A DNA stretch of 64,000 nucleotides, taken from Lama glama. Taxonomy: Eukaryota. The DNA is taken from contig CM052818.1 of assembly GCA_028534125.1 (NCBI GenBank), positions 24,120,001 through 24,184,000 of the forward strand, given 5' to 3'. This document shows, in pieces, positions 13,623 through 25,929 of this stretch. The first letter of the stretch is position 1. The number at the start of each line of letters is the position of its first letter. The notes beneath the pieces are model-generated. The model was not told the DNA's origin. It saw only the letters and a list, made by a program, of their open reading frames with translations, and searched no databases. Made by a program: the position numbers and the translations under genes.

Positions 13623-13719
13623 ATTCCTTCTGGAATTTGGGTGACTGGGTACTGTCAAATATACTGAACACCACAAAAGCAGATTTCTTAAAAGTTCACT
13701 CAACACACTGATGATTTAC

Positions 13720-14790
13720 ATAACCAAGTAAAGCTAAATCATAAACTCTCCTTCAAAAATTTTTAAGAGTAAAATTACAGTGACTATGAACTACCAGTTA
13801 ACAACAGAAAAAAAAATACATACATATCTCCATACTATAATCTTTGAAAAATGGTTATCAGGGGAAAGTAAGGACAGAAGACTCCAGAGTTTACTACTCT
13901 TTCCCCATAACTCTTCTCAAAGAGAATGCATGATGGAGGTGAAGATAAGTGCACATATATTTAGAAACCTTATGAACAATTCCTCAATTTGGAGACCAGC
14001 TAACTGGCAGGGTGTGTAGAAAGTTCAGAGAAGATATACAGATAACTACTATAGTGAGGAAGTAGTCTGACCAACTTAGCAACTTAGAAAATTGCCATGC
14101 CAATTGCCCAGAACTAATTATGCCCAGCAATTTAAAAAAAAAATCTAGCAAAAAGAAAGGGTAGGGGGAAGTGTCTGATAAATAAGATCACAGCCTCTGA
14201 AGGTCTGTGAAGTGGGCAGAGAACTGTTAGCATGGCCAAGGGAAACCTTTCTCCACCCCAGAAGAGCACTGTCATAGGCAAAATACACGTTTGCCTGCCA
14301 TTCCACTCACCTAACTGGGAAGAGCTGCTGGTGAGTGGCAGGTAGAGCAAAAACATTTACCATCTGAAGCCAATTATCTGTCTGGAGAAAGTTCTAAGCA
14401 TTCCATGCTGAACTGGAAAGAACGAACAGGAAGTCTGTGGGGATACCCAGACAAACATAACAAATAGGTCTACTGGACACTAATGCAAGTATTTAAAAAC
14501 AATTTCAGAAGGAAAAGCAAAGAACAAGCCCACCAACCACAACTGCCCACAGCCCTAGCCAAAACATCCAATTCCTCTCTTCGTGCCCTGGGCAATGGAA
14601 TCCCATGCAGACCACAAGTCTTCAAACTGAAGCTCTAGAAAAAAAATAAACAAACCGATGTCTAAAACAATGAGAAAGGAGCCAAGGAGAGTTCATTCTT
14701 TTAGAAAGTATTCAAAGGTCTTGGAGTAGTTTTCATATTAATCATCAGTACGATAAAAGAAATGATAGCACAAACATGCAAAATAAGGCA
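13720..14790 (+). mobile_element. Possible ancient L1/HAL1 5' region, highly degraded
   Basis: A-rich sense composition, lying upstream of the ORF1-like relic; family not securely recognised. Confidence 0.3.
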
Positions 14791-15559
14791 TATTACAGGT
14801 TTACGGCTGAGCTAAGCACAGTACAGCTGCTCTGCTCCCAACTCAGATCTGCATATATACTCAGCAACCCCGCCTTCCGCTCCACAGCTGGTCATGGAAT
14901 TCTGGGGCTTAAGCAAGTGCAGTCTTGAAGCTACTGTCAGAGGCAAGGAACAGAGATCATTCTGCATACTTCCCTTGTATTATCAGTGAAGGATTTCTAA
15001 CGAGTACTTTATAACTTATCTCGTCTTCTTAGCACATGTTTGTTTTCAAACTATGATGGCAATCTATCAAATAAATAATTTTGCCTAAACTTTTAAGTCT
15101 GTAAACATTCATTCTAAAGCACGCACAAACTTAGATTAAAACCAGCAGGAGCAAGAGAGAGGGAGGTGAATGAGGCGAAAGAGAGAGAAAAAAGAGATGC
15201 AATTTAAAATAAGATTTTTAAGATTTATTTTAAAAACCTATATAGAATTGTATAACATTTTTCTAAAGTGCATATGAAATATTTCCAAGAGTTTATTCTA
15301 TATCAGGCTTCAAAAAAAATCCCATATTCATATAAGAGTATTTCTATAGTTACACTTGTTTTAAAGAAATTTCTTCTCCATTCTGATTTAATAGAAGAGA
15401 GATTAAAGTTCTCTTTCCATTTCTTGAGTATTTTCATGAGAATTTGTTTTATAAATGTTCTTTAAAACATTTATTTGGTTTTTAATGAAATTTTCTGTGT
15501 GAACTATTTTTATAATTCACAAATTTAAAAGTATATAAATAAAATAAAACAAACAAGAC

Positions 15560-17090
15560 ATGTCACAATTAGTCACTCTAGATTTAAAGTACATTTATGT
15601 AATAATCTCAAGGGGGAAAGATTTTTAAATTAGTCTCTTTCAGATGCCATAAGAGATAAGTGAAGGTGTGACATTCACCCAAAAGCCATCAAAGGTATGG
15701 TGCAAACACAAGAAAATGAGTAATAGGACCAATTAGCGATGCCTAAAAAGCCATTTAGAAATTGTGGATATAAAATATAAACATAGAAATAAAACACTTC
15801 TAAATTGAATAATAGACTGTGTCCAATTGAAGAGAGTTAGTAATTAGAAAGAAGTTTGAGGAAGTCACTCGGAACCTTGTACAGAAAGATAAAGAAATAA
15901 AAATTTGAAAGAGTATGGGATTTCAAAATTGTAGAACAGATAAACAAGATTACACTGTATAGCACAGGGAAATATACACAAAATGTTATGATAAATCACA
16001 GCGAAAAAAATGTGACAATGAGTGTGTATATGTCCATGAATGACTGAAAAATTGTGCTGAACACTGGAGTTTGACACAACACTGTAAAATGATTATGAAT
16101 CAATAAAAAATGTAAAAAAAAAAATCCCCCCCCCAAAAAAAAGAAAGAGTATGTAAGAAACATGGAGAAGAATTGAGGCTACAAAATAATTCTAATATGA
16201 GGGCTTTTGAAAAGGAGAAAGATCGGCCTATGTTGAAGGAATCTTTAAAGACAAAACAGAAAGAGTCTAAAGTTTAGTTAGGACTTTAAGTAAGAAATAG
16301 CCTTTAGAGTTTAATAATGCACTAACAATAATAAGCATGATAAATAAAAGTACATTTCACTGGACACTCGGTAATATATCTGCAGAAAATCAAGTATACG
16401 GAGAAGTGTTAAAATAGAGAAAAGACTACAATTCACAGAATAATAAGGACAAGCAGTCAAGAAACTCACGGAGAAAAGCTAACCCAATGTCATCAGTAAC
16501 TAGAAAGCACAAATTAAAGTTACACTTACCTTTTATATACATTCATTTTCTAATGTAGAAGTTAAATCATGTCAGATGTTGATAAGGATATGCAGAAAGA
16601 ATCCTCTCACACACTGCTGGGACCAGTATACGTGATGAAGGCAAAGTTGGTGGACAGTCTGGTATCTAAGGAGACAAAACAAAAAAAGTGCATGTATTAC
16701 AATCTGTCTGCAAGAATACCATTTCAATGTTATTCATATTAGTGAAAAAAGGAGCCCTATTAGCAACAATTTTTAACTAAAGTAGAATAAAATTATACCC
16801 TATAATACTATTTGGTACTTAGAGAGAATAAGATCAATCTACATGTTCTGACATAGAAACAACTGACAGAAGATGTTTTTTCAATGAAAAATATGTTTCC
16901 AAATATACATATGGAATAATACCACTTATTTTTCAAGAAGACAGGTAAGAAAGGATGTCAATCAAACAGTGCTTATCTTTTGGGAGAAGACCGAATTTGG
17001 TGCCTGTCCAAAGAGGAATTAAAATTTATCTGTAATATTTAAATACTTTTTATAACTATATGATTTAAATATTTTTCCCCAAAAGCAATA
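15560..17090 (+). mobile_element. Ancient L1M/HAL1-like relic (ORF1-like region, then ORF2 C-terminus and 3' UTR), interrupted by a young L1
   Basis: ORF1-like aataatagact...gaagagagttagtaattagaaag...gaagtcactc; from ~16450 ORF2-end-like aaattaaagtta...atgttgataaggatatgcagaaagaatcctctcacacactgctgg. Confidence 0.6.
15918..16142 (+). mobile_element. Young, heavily 5'-truncated LINE-1 3' end with TSD
   Basis: Highly similar to the 3' end of the L1 at 35755-35960; AATAAA plus A tail; direct repeat GAAAGAGTATG at 15907-15917 and 16143-16153. Confidence 0.92.
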
Positions 17091-18374
17091 AATGCAACAC
17101 TAAGGGTAATCAGGAACAGAGATGTTCCAGATGTTTATATAGAAGGGGAAAAAGCGAAGAACATCTGACAAGTATGGTTAACCTCCTCCCTAGTCAAAAA
17201 GTATATCAAACTTGATGTGCATAGAGTTAAACCCATCACCATTCTACAATGCCTCGAGAAAGGTAAGACTTATAGAATATATTCCAGATCTTTCCATAAT
17301 GTGTTTTTAAAGTGCTAATTGTTTGCAAGGATCATCATTACATAGGTTAATATTTCACTTGTGATTTTTCCGGGTAATTCAGCACTTGCAAATTTATGTA
17401 AAGCCTTGCTTTGTGTTTAGCAAAAGCTAACTGTTCTCATCACTATTTGTAAGAAATATATACTTTGGGATTTGAGCATTTCTTTTTCAAGATTATGGTT
17501 TGGAACAAAGAATCTAAAGCCATTATAGAATGTTTGCCTTAAGAATCTTATAAATTGTAATCAGTGAATAAAGTTAGGAAGCTACCTAAGGAGCAGACCC
17601 TCTCACAGAACATAGTTTAGAGCTCAAGTAGACTAGAAAAGCGATTTACCTTGGTTTTTACCTAAAAAGATGTTTGGCTACAAATCACTCAATTCACGCA
17701 AGTTTTTTTAAAAAAAGACAAATTAACATGATAACATGATATGTGACAATCTTATTTATTTCAAATCTTTCAAGAAGTTTCTGAGGGTTTCATTTGAATA
17801 CTTTCAGTTTTTTTAGTGTTATTGACAAATTTTAATTTATGCCCTTAGAAATGACTAACTAAGCTTAGGGGGAAGCTAGAATCAAATAGATTATAAATGA
17901 GTTGAATTAATAATAATCTTAGCTTGAATATTTCACCTGTGCAAGAAGACTAAATTCTGAATCTGAGCTGGTATCATTGAGATGCACTACTTTAGCAAAG
18001 CGAAGAGCAGTGTAGGAAGCACGAATGAGTGAGAATAACACAGCTTCATGTTACACCATACTTCTCCTTTGAAAAGCACTAGTTGCATTCATGAAAATGA
18101 TTTTTTTTTTACTTAATGGTCTCTTCTGATCTAATTAAGGGTAGATGGTATTATACTCAGGCAGCAGAGGTGGAGCATGAGATACATCAGGCCCTTGTGG
18201 TTTCTCCAGCTCAAAATGCAACAATGTCAATGTAATGCCCAGCGACGTCAATTAAAGGTGAAAAACTCAGGTGCTCTTTTGCAGCCTTTTCTCTGGCATC
18301 TTTAACACTGAAACAATAGTTTTGAAATTTCATTTTAGGTAAAGATTTGTTCTCGAGAAATAATGTCTTCATTG

Positions 18375-18600
18375 GGCTGTACACCAGAAGTTGACACAAC
18401 AGTGTAACTTGACTGTACTACAATTTAAAAAAAGACAAAGGAGTACATGGAAACTTCTGCAGGTGACAAATCTCTCCATTGATCTTGACTGTTGTGATAG
18501 TTTCATTGGTGTGCCTATGTCAAAACTTACCAAACTGTATCCTTTAATTATGTTTCATTTATTGCATGTCAATTATACTTTATTAAAACTCTTATTAAAA
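18375..18600 (+). mobile_element. Two adjacent L1 3' terminal fragments (short younger end, then older L1M-type end)
   Basis: gctgtacaccagaagttgacacaacagtgtaa...aaaaaaa, then gatcttgactgttgtgatagtttcattggtgt...tgcatgtcaattatac. Confidence 0.7.
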
Positions 18601-21060
18601 GAAAGAATGTCTTCCTCTGAGCATATCTATGACATTTTTGTCTTATTAAAGTTAAATATTATCAATACATTATTTAAATGATGCAGGACAGTAACATACA
18701 CAGCTTATTTCCTCTTTAGGATTATACTACTGATATATTTGCAGTAGCTCTTCTCACTGTTTGTGAATCTATTTCTGTAGTGCATGCAAATGGATGGCAG
18801 GGATAGCTGATAGAAAACAGAATGATAGTTACATACACACACACATACACAAAGTACAATTTGGTTAAATGATTTCATAAATAACCCATGCCTAATTTAG
18901 TGATGACTACACAAAATATTTTTTAGAAATTTAGAAAACCCTAATGTCAAAGATTTTCTACTTATTTCAGGTAGTGGAGTTTTAGACATAAGTCATGTAT
19001 AATACTGAGATTTCAAAGAGAGCCAACACAGTAACATAAAATAAAGTAAAAGTCATGATCTGATATGAATCCAAAGTAGAGAAGAGTACCCTGTTTGTGG
19101 CTGTCTAATGCTTCATTTCCAGGTCCAAACATGTATTACAGGAAAATTGTGTTTCCAAGTTTAACTTATCTCTGTGACTTCTTACCTACCAAAAAAAATT
19201 ACCAGAAATGATTCATAGCTAGATTGAATAGGATTCAAGACAAAAATATACCCATTTCCATGAAAGTGATAATGACAGATGATTCATTTTATTGCCAGTT
19301 CCTAGGGAATAATTGGCTTTGCTAACAAAAATGAAATACAATAAACTCCTTGCTGCATAACCTAAAAAGAGTATGTTGATCTTTTTCCTATGTGGGGATA
19401 CAGTGCAAAGTATAACCAGGACACAGATAACATGAGACATTAGCAGGTTTCCTGATACAAAAGCAGAAAATATATCAGTCAGCAGAAAAAAATGATTGTG
19501 ATTTTTACCATTGTAGAGGAAAGAATACTGGATGTAATATGTCAAAAATAAAATGTTGCATCATTTGCATAGATCTGAATATTCTGATGACTGCAGTTTT
19601 TGTTTGCAAAAGAAGTTGTTACAAATGATGCTAAAGGAAAATTAACATCTCAGGATTAACAAAGCTGTTCTGAATTACCTTAAATCATTTTCCTTCTAAT
19701 TTTTCTAGCTTCCAAGTTATTGGAAATTTTTTAAAAGAAAATTCAACACCTCACATTTATTAAATATTTTCTTATTTAAAAAAAGAGATTCTTTTGCAGG
19801 CTAGATAGTCTTCACGCAAACACCAGTATTTTAAAATGTGTTCTCAGGAAACCTAAAAGCTTTATTTTTGGTGATAGAGTCAACATGCTGTCAGTTACCT
19901 CCTCCGAGATGCAATTACAGTAAGCACTAAATAATTTCGAGCTTCCGGCAAGAGGCTATATCCAAAAAGATTTCCACAGACCTATAAGCAAATTTACCTC
20001 TTCCAAAAGAACTAGCAGAACAAAACCTCACTTAAGCTATTTTCTGACTGTTAGATCATGATGGAAAAGTTTAGTTATCAGCTGGTTTTCATTATTGAAC
20101 AGTACCTTCAAGAAGCAAAATATTAAGATTAGTTTTTCCTTTAATAGACTGCCAAGAAATTCTTTGTCACCAATTTAAAATTTTCTGAGAAGTGAGAGAA
20201 AATTGAAAAGCCACCTGCAGTTTGTGGTAGCTTTTACCATAACTATCTTACTCTTACTATGTGAACTTAAATTGCACATCATCTACCTAACTCCCAGATG
20301 CTCAAAAAAATCTATGTGTATCCTCCAAAGATCTCAGAAAAGAAGGTAGGAGATGACTAATACTATTTCCACAGTACATTTGTGGAGACTAAAAAAAGGA
20401 CGTAAAAATTGATGCATCAAATGTCTTAAAGATTTTTAGTGGTATAAGGGGCAATTCAACCCTTGTTTTCTGTTAAATCTCCAAATGCAATTGTCATTGT
20501 CAAACTAGAAGTAAAAGTTTACTGGGGAGGAATCGTTTCAGTGAATGTAAGAAACACTGTAGTTTATGACTATGGGTACTAAGAATTATTGCAGAGATCA
20601 CTTTTCTGAGTCCTGACACATCAAATGATGCAGAAACAATAACAGACTGCCTAAATATAAAAGTTTTAAAGATGGGCTTTATTATAACTGAATACAGTTT
20701 TGCATTGATTCATGCCACATAGAAGAAAACTTGAGGGTACGTGAATTGGATGCCCTGTGGCTCTGAATCTTGCTATTCTAACATTGTTCTATCTCTCAAC
20801 AGAGTGATTTTACTGTCCAAGTGAGTAAAAGTGTCTTTTCCCATAGCTTGCCTAGTCATTCTAAGCCCACTTCATTAACTCACTGCCCAGAAAGGTACCT
20901 TAACAACACTAAAAGTAAAAACTGCTATTTAAGATCAAGTTCTTGTATCTTTCCAACATAGAAAATATTCTACAGTGGGCATAATGGGAAACCAGAGAAA
21001 AGCTAGTATGTTTTATTCAGTGTTAAATGATCCATCTAAGTATCTAGACAGGTATTTTTA

Positions 21061-21195
21061 ATGGCTTTTTTTAAGGGGGGTTAATTAGGTTTATTTATCT
21101 ATTAATTTATGTTAATGGAGATACTGGGAATTGAACCCAAGACCCTGTGCACGCTAAGCATGTGCTCTACCATGAAACCATACCATCCCTACCCC
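21061..21195 (-). mobile_element. tRNA-Ala(AGC)-derived SINE, vic-1 type (camelid)
   Basis: Minus strand TGGTAGAGCACATGCTTAGCGTGCACAGGGTCTTGGGTTCAATTCCCAGTATCTCCA (tRNA-Ala-like with B box), then AT-rich body, C run and A tail; degenerate flanking repeat at 21046-21058 / 21196-21208. Confidence 0.85.
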
Positions 21196-21697
21196 AGGCA
21201 GGCATGTTACCTCAGCGTATCATCTATTATATAATATAGCTCTTTTCACTAAACCCAATGTTTATATAAATTGAAAAACACTGTCCCACTGATGGATGTT
21301 ACTGAAGAATATTTAACTTTAACTTCATTTATGTTTATTCTTTCACAGCTCTCCATGCTTTTCCTTAAGAGAGTAAATTGAATAATTTAAAAATGTTTAT
21401 ATTGAGTCGCTGCTATATGTCAGTCTCTGTTGGGATTCAGAGTCGATTCCTCTAAAAGCTGACCCACAAATAATGACCTTACTATAAGGTACTCATCCCT
21501 CAACAGTATAATTTGAAGCTGTTCTGCTTAAAATTATTAATGGACAATTACAAAAGTTCTTCAGTAATGAAAATAGCCATAGTATACTCAAATTTTGTGT
21601 ACCTTTTTTGCTTTGTTATTTAGAAATTTTCAATTTGGGGTCCTTTTAAGTTAGAACATATCAATATAATCTAAAAGAACAGAGAAGACTTTGAATA

Positions 21698-22116
21698 TTT
21701 TTATATGTGGAATCTAAAAAAAATACAATTTAACTTACTGACAAAACAGAAACAGACTCAGACACAGAAAACAAATTTATAGTTATCAAAAGGGAAAGTG
21801 GGATGAGGGAAGGATAAATTAGGAGTTTGGGATTAGCAGATATTAATGACCATATATAAAATAGATAAACAGCAAGGTCCTACTGTATAGTGCAAGGAAC
21901 TATACTCAATATCTTATAATAGCCTATAATGAAAAAGAATCTGAAAAATTATATGTGTTATATATAATTAATATATAGAAAATTATATATATTTATATTA
22001 TATGTAATATATTTACATAATGTATTTATGTTTATACAATATTATATAATTAATATAATATATAAATAATATTAATCATATATTAAATATATATTAATTA
22101 CATATATATGTAAGTG

Positions 22117-22147
<31 letters not shown>

Positions 22148-22216
22148 CTGAATCACTTTGCTATACACTGGAAACTAACACAACATTGTAAATAATCAGT
22201 AATTCAAAAAAAAAAA
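21698..22216 (+). mobile_element. LINE-1 3' UTR fragment with internal AT-rich expansion
   Basis: atatgtggaatctaaaaa...gaaacagactca...aggagtttgggattagcaga...ctgaatcactttgctatacac...A tail. Confidence 0.9.
21948..22146. repeat. AT-rich low-complexity tract plus (CA)13
   Basis: Degenerate TA repeats, then perfect CA at 22121-22146. Confidence 0.9.
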
Positions 22217-22689
22217 GAAAGGCAGTCATTCAACAGAAAAATGCCCTATAACTGTAATATCTACCCCCACTTTTATTGTTCTTTCTTTTTTTGGCATAAA
22301 AACTTTATTTTTCCTGTTTGGTACTCATATTTTCCTACCTCAAAATATCTCTATTATCTTGCTTTTATCATTCTATTTCTTAGAATTTAAGAATGTCTCT
22401 CTGCCTTTCCTAGATGACAATTCTAAAAAAATCCAAGCTCTTCTAAAGATTCTTCAGAGTTGTATCATCTATAAATAGTGTCTTTTGGGAACCTCACTCC
22501 TTAACTATTATCCAATCAATGGCCACCCACTGCAGGTCCACCTGGAATGTGCTATATTGGGAGTGGCCCCTTTGAGAAACAGATTTCAAAAACAGCCAAA
22601 GCATCTGCCTGTAAGACCTTGATTTACGGGAAACCTCTTATGGGAAACCACCGATGGTTTTTTCAGTACACAGTCTTAATGATATCGCA

Positions 22690-22796
22690 CATATTTAATA
22701 ATCACCCATTATGTACCAGGAAATTTTCTAGGCATTGGTGTAGGACAGTGGAAAAAGGAGACAAGAATCCCTCATTCATAGACTTTACATTCTAGT
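22690..22796 (-). mobile_element. L2 3' end fragment
   Basis: atatttaataatcacccattatgtaccagg...ttctaggcattgg...tttacattctag. Confidence 0.65.
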
Positions 22797-23134
22797 ATAT
22801 ATCTCTCTAAACAAACAGCATCTTGCTGAAACTCACTACCAACTATTCCAAAAGTAGACATCTTGTAACTGAGAGGTCTAAGGGACATCTAACTGTGTAT
22901 TGTCCCTGAGGCCTGTATTTTTTTCAAATAACCTCATACACCCCCTTTCACATGGAGTAACACACAATGTATTGATTTAAATTTATGTCTTTATCGTACA
23001 GAAAGATTTGAGAGTGACTGTTTTAAGCATTTTATCTGACAATTATTTATGCCTATAGTTTTATTGAAGAGCCACAATGAAGTCACACATATGAGAAAAA
23101 ATAAGGATATGAAATTAAACTGCTATTAAAACTA

Positions 23135-23345
23135 TATCAGCCAACATTTATTGAGCCCTTACCATATACCTGGCATTTTCCTAACCCATTTACTTCTATT
23201 AATGTGTGAAATAAGTACTAAAGGAAAGTGTAACACAGAGGTTTAAATAACCTGCATGACAGTGATTAAGCAGTGGAAATGGGGCAGGGCAGGGGGCAGA
23301 GGGCCAACTGGCATAAGGGTCAGAATTTTTAACCACTGTATTATG
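23135..23345 (-). mobile_element. MIR relic
   Basis: aacatttattgagcccttaccatatacctggca...cacagaggtttaaataacctgc...ttaaccactg. Confidence 0.65.
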
Positions 23346-25412
23346 ATGATTTCTTATATTTGTTTAAAAGTATTCTAGGGTATGGCTTCAGATCAATTTA
23401 AATTAAGCAAAAAAAATTTTTTTTACTCACTGTTTATATCTAGTCTAATGTTAAAATAATTGATTAATAGAATTCCAGGGCTATTAAGAAGAGATGAAGT
23501 TATGTAAAGATGTGAAAATAATACACATATATGCCACAAAACAATTCATTTGTTTGCTCTTTCATATATTGATTTGGGTTTTTTTGTTTGTTTTGGGTTT
23601 TTTTGTTGTTTTTTTTTTTTTTTTTGCCGATTTCTCTAAATACGCTGGTAAGCAGAATGCTCCATCAATGTTTTACTCTGAGATAGCATTCCTCCTTGAA
23701 AGAATTCACCTGGCTGCTACAATTTCATCCTTCTGTGCCTCAGTCTTCCTAATCTGGCCTCTTTCTCATTTTAAAAAAAAAAGTGTGTCCTCCTACAAAT
23801 TCATGTTCTTTTCTTCATAAAAACAAGCCCCAGAACTTCCAAAGTGCACATTGGAAGCGAAATGCCACATGGAGAGGGAAAGCTACACTACAACAATTTC
23901 CTTCTGGAAAATCACCATCTCCTGGTGCATGCTCACTGACTCCTACTGGCTCTGCTCACAGACCTCCAATTCCTCTTCCTTATATCTAAGTATGTGAGTC
24001 TAAGTCTAGGGAGATAGATATACTCAAACTAGGATCTCTATTGGAGTAAAGTAGGTCATTCCAAGAATTTGCTCAAAGCTAAAGGACAGCCAAGGAAAAG
24101 ACACAGCAGATGGTAGCACAAATCTAGAACTTCCATTTGAAGCAGGCATTTTACTCATTTCCAATCTATTGTTTACCTTGTGGCTCCCTCCTTCTAAGTA
24201 GCTGTTTCTACAGGGCAGAGACTCCATTTAGCCTGGACCAGCTCAAGCCCCCAGCATCAAAGTAACGGGCCTCTACTCTTACAGTTCTCTATTGGTTTCC
24301 TTATATTCCTGGGGTAAATGACACCAAAATTGACCTCCATTTTTTGATGTCTTCAGACCTCTAGCGTCTTCATAGGACAGGTACTTCTTGGTGTAACATG
24401 GCAAGCACAAGATTTATATACTCAGAGTAACTGGAGGGGAGGGTCAGAGGCAGCTTGGAAGAGAATGTCTTTTCCTTATCTTTTCCTCTTAATTTTGCCT
24501 TTCTGGTCAGAAAGTTGCCTTTGGGAAAGATAAGCAAAAACAATCAATACTTTAAGCCTTTATTGGTGTCTGATGATATCACAGTCTGGACAAGTTAGAG
24601 CTTAAATGGGACACAGCAAACAACTATATATGTCTATTTCATCCGTGGCTGAAAAGAGAAGTCGTCAGCCAACTGTAAAAAGGGATAGATGAGACATAAA
24701 AAAGTATTAAGACAATAACGGAGGAAATCCCTTAGCCTGCACTGATCTGATAGTCCCACAGTACGAAACAGACACTAGGAAGAGTCCACAAATGCTGAGC
24801 CTAAGAGTGTAATGAATACTACTAAACACTTAATATAATTATAACTCCCTCTGCAGCTAACAACAATCTATTCTGTAGACCAAGAGAGAAAAGGAACAGC
24901 AGTCTCCCAAGGACTCAGAAATTCTGGAAAGAAAAATGTGAACATTCTGACAAATCTAAGTTCAAAACATCTCACATACAGAGCTTGAGGCAGTTACTGA
25001 AATGGTAACGCAGGGTTTGAAGACAAACTAAGACCAAACTTCCAAGTGCTATTTAGATACAATTGTGAACATTGCCATCCATGAGAAGAAATCTCCATTT
25101 TCACAGGCATCTGAAGGACTGCTGTACAACTCAGACAGTGGCAGCAAACTGGCTTCAGGGATGTGATAAGAAACAATGGAGCTAAAGCAGCAGGGCTGAG
25201 GGACTCAGAACCAAGAAAGAGGGTAGATGTATTCTTCACCAAGCCCTCAGGGCAAGACCAATATCCCAGTTTAGTTCCTTCTTACTAACAATCTGTGAAA
25301 GTAACACTATGAAATGTGAATTGTGACTAGGAGCCTGGGAACTGTTGAAGACAGTAAAAAAAAAAAAAAAAATCAAGCGAAACAATTCGGGGAGAAAAAG
25401 AAAAGTGACTGT

Positions 25413-25929
25413 CGTTACCAAGTCCAAACTCATTCTGCTCACTCCATGATGGGCCAATACATCGGGAGACAAGGTGTCGGGGCAAGGAATAACGACTTTA
25501 TTCGGAAAGCCAGCAGATCAAGTGATGGCAGACTAAGGTCCTGGAGAACCATCTTCCCAAAGTCAGAATTCAGGCACCCTTCATACTAAAAAGGGGAGAG
25601 GGTGTGGTTGGTTGTTGAAAACTTCTTGGTGTTGGAATCCTTTGTTCTTGCAGCTACCCATGTGGGTCAGGTCATGGTGTCCCTGTAAACTTCCAACAAG
25701 ACAAATATTATTTTCTATTCTGCAACTTTTTATCTCTATATGAATGGAAAAGTATTATACCCTTAAAGGTTAGAGTCTTGAGAGTGGTCTACCCTGTCTA
25801 TTTCAGGCTATGGGTAACATTCTTTTACAAAAGGTGCAGAACCAGCATGACAAAGCACAGGAAACAGCACAGGGTTAGAGCTAAAGGAATAGACCTAATA
25901 TGGAATCAGATTTGCTCTTTTCTATTACA
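25413..25929 (-). mobile_element. ERV1 solo LTR, MER41-like (cetartiodactyl type)
   Basis: gttaccaagtccaaactcattctgctc...ggggcaaggaataacgactttattcggaaagccagcag matches recalled MER41_BT-like consensus; AATAAA on minus strand near 25498; ends ...TTACA; no TSD resolved. Confidence 0.75.

Noticed and set aside
19899..19981. Minus-strand 83-nt exon (VCGNLFGYSLLPEARNYLVLTVIASRR)
   Set aside because: Weak pyrimidine tract, unrecognised peptide and no partner exons; a few retained CpGs are not enough
21113..21190. tRNA-Ala gene
   Set aside because: The 5' half and A box are degenerate, and it is fused to an AT-rich body with an A tail, so it is a SINE
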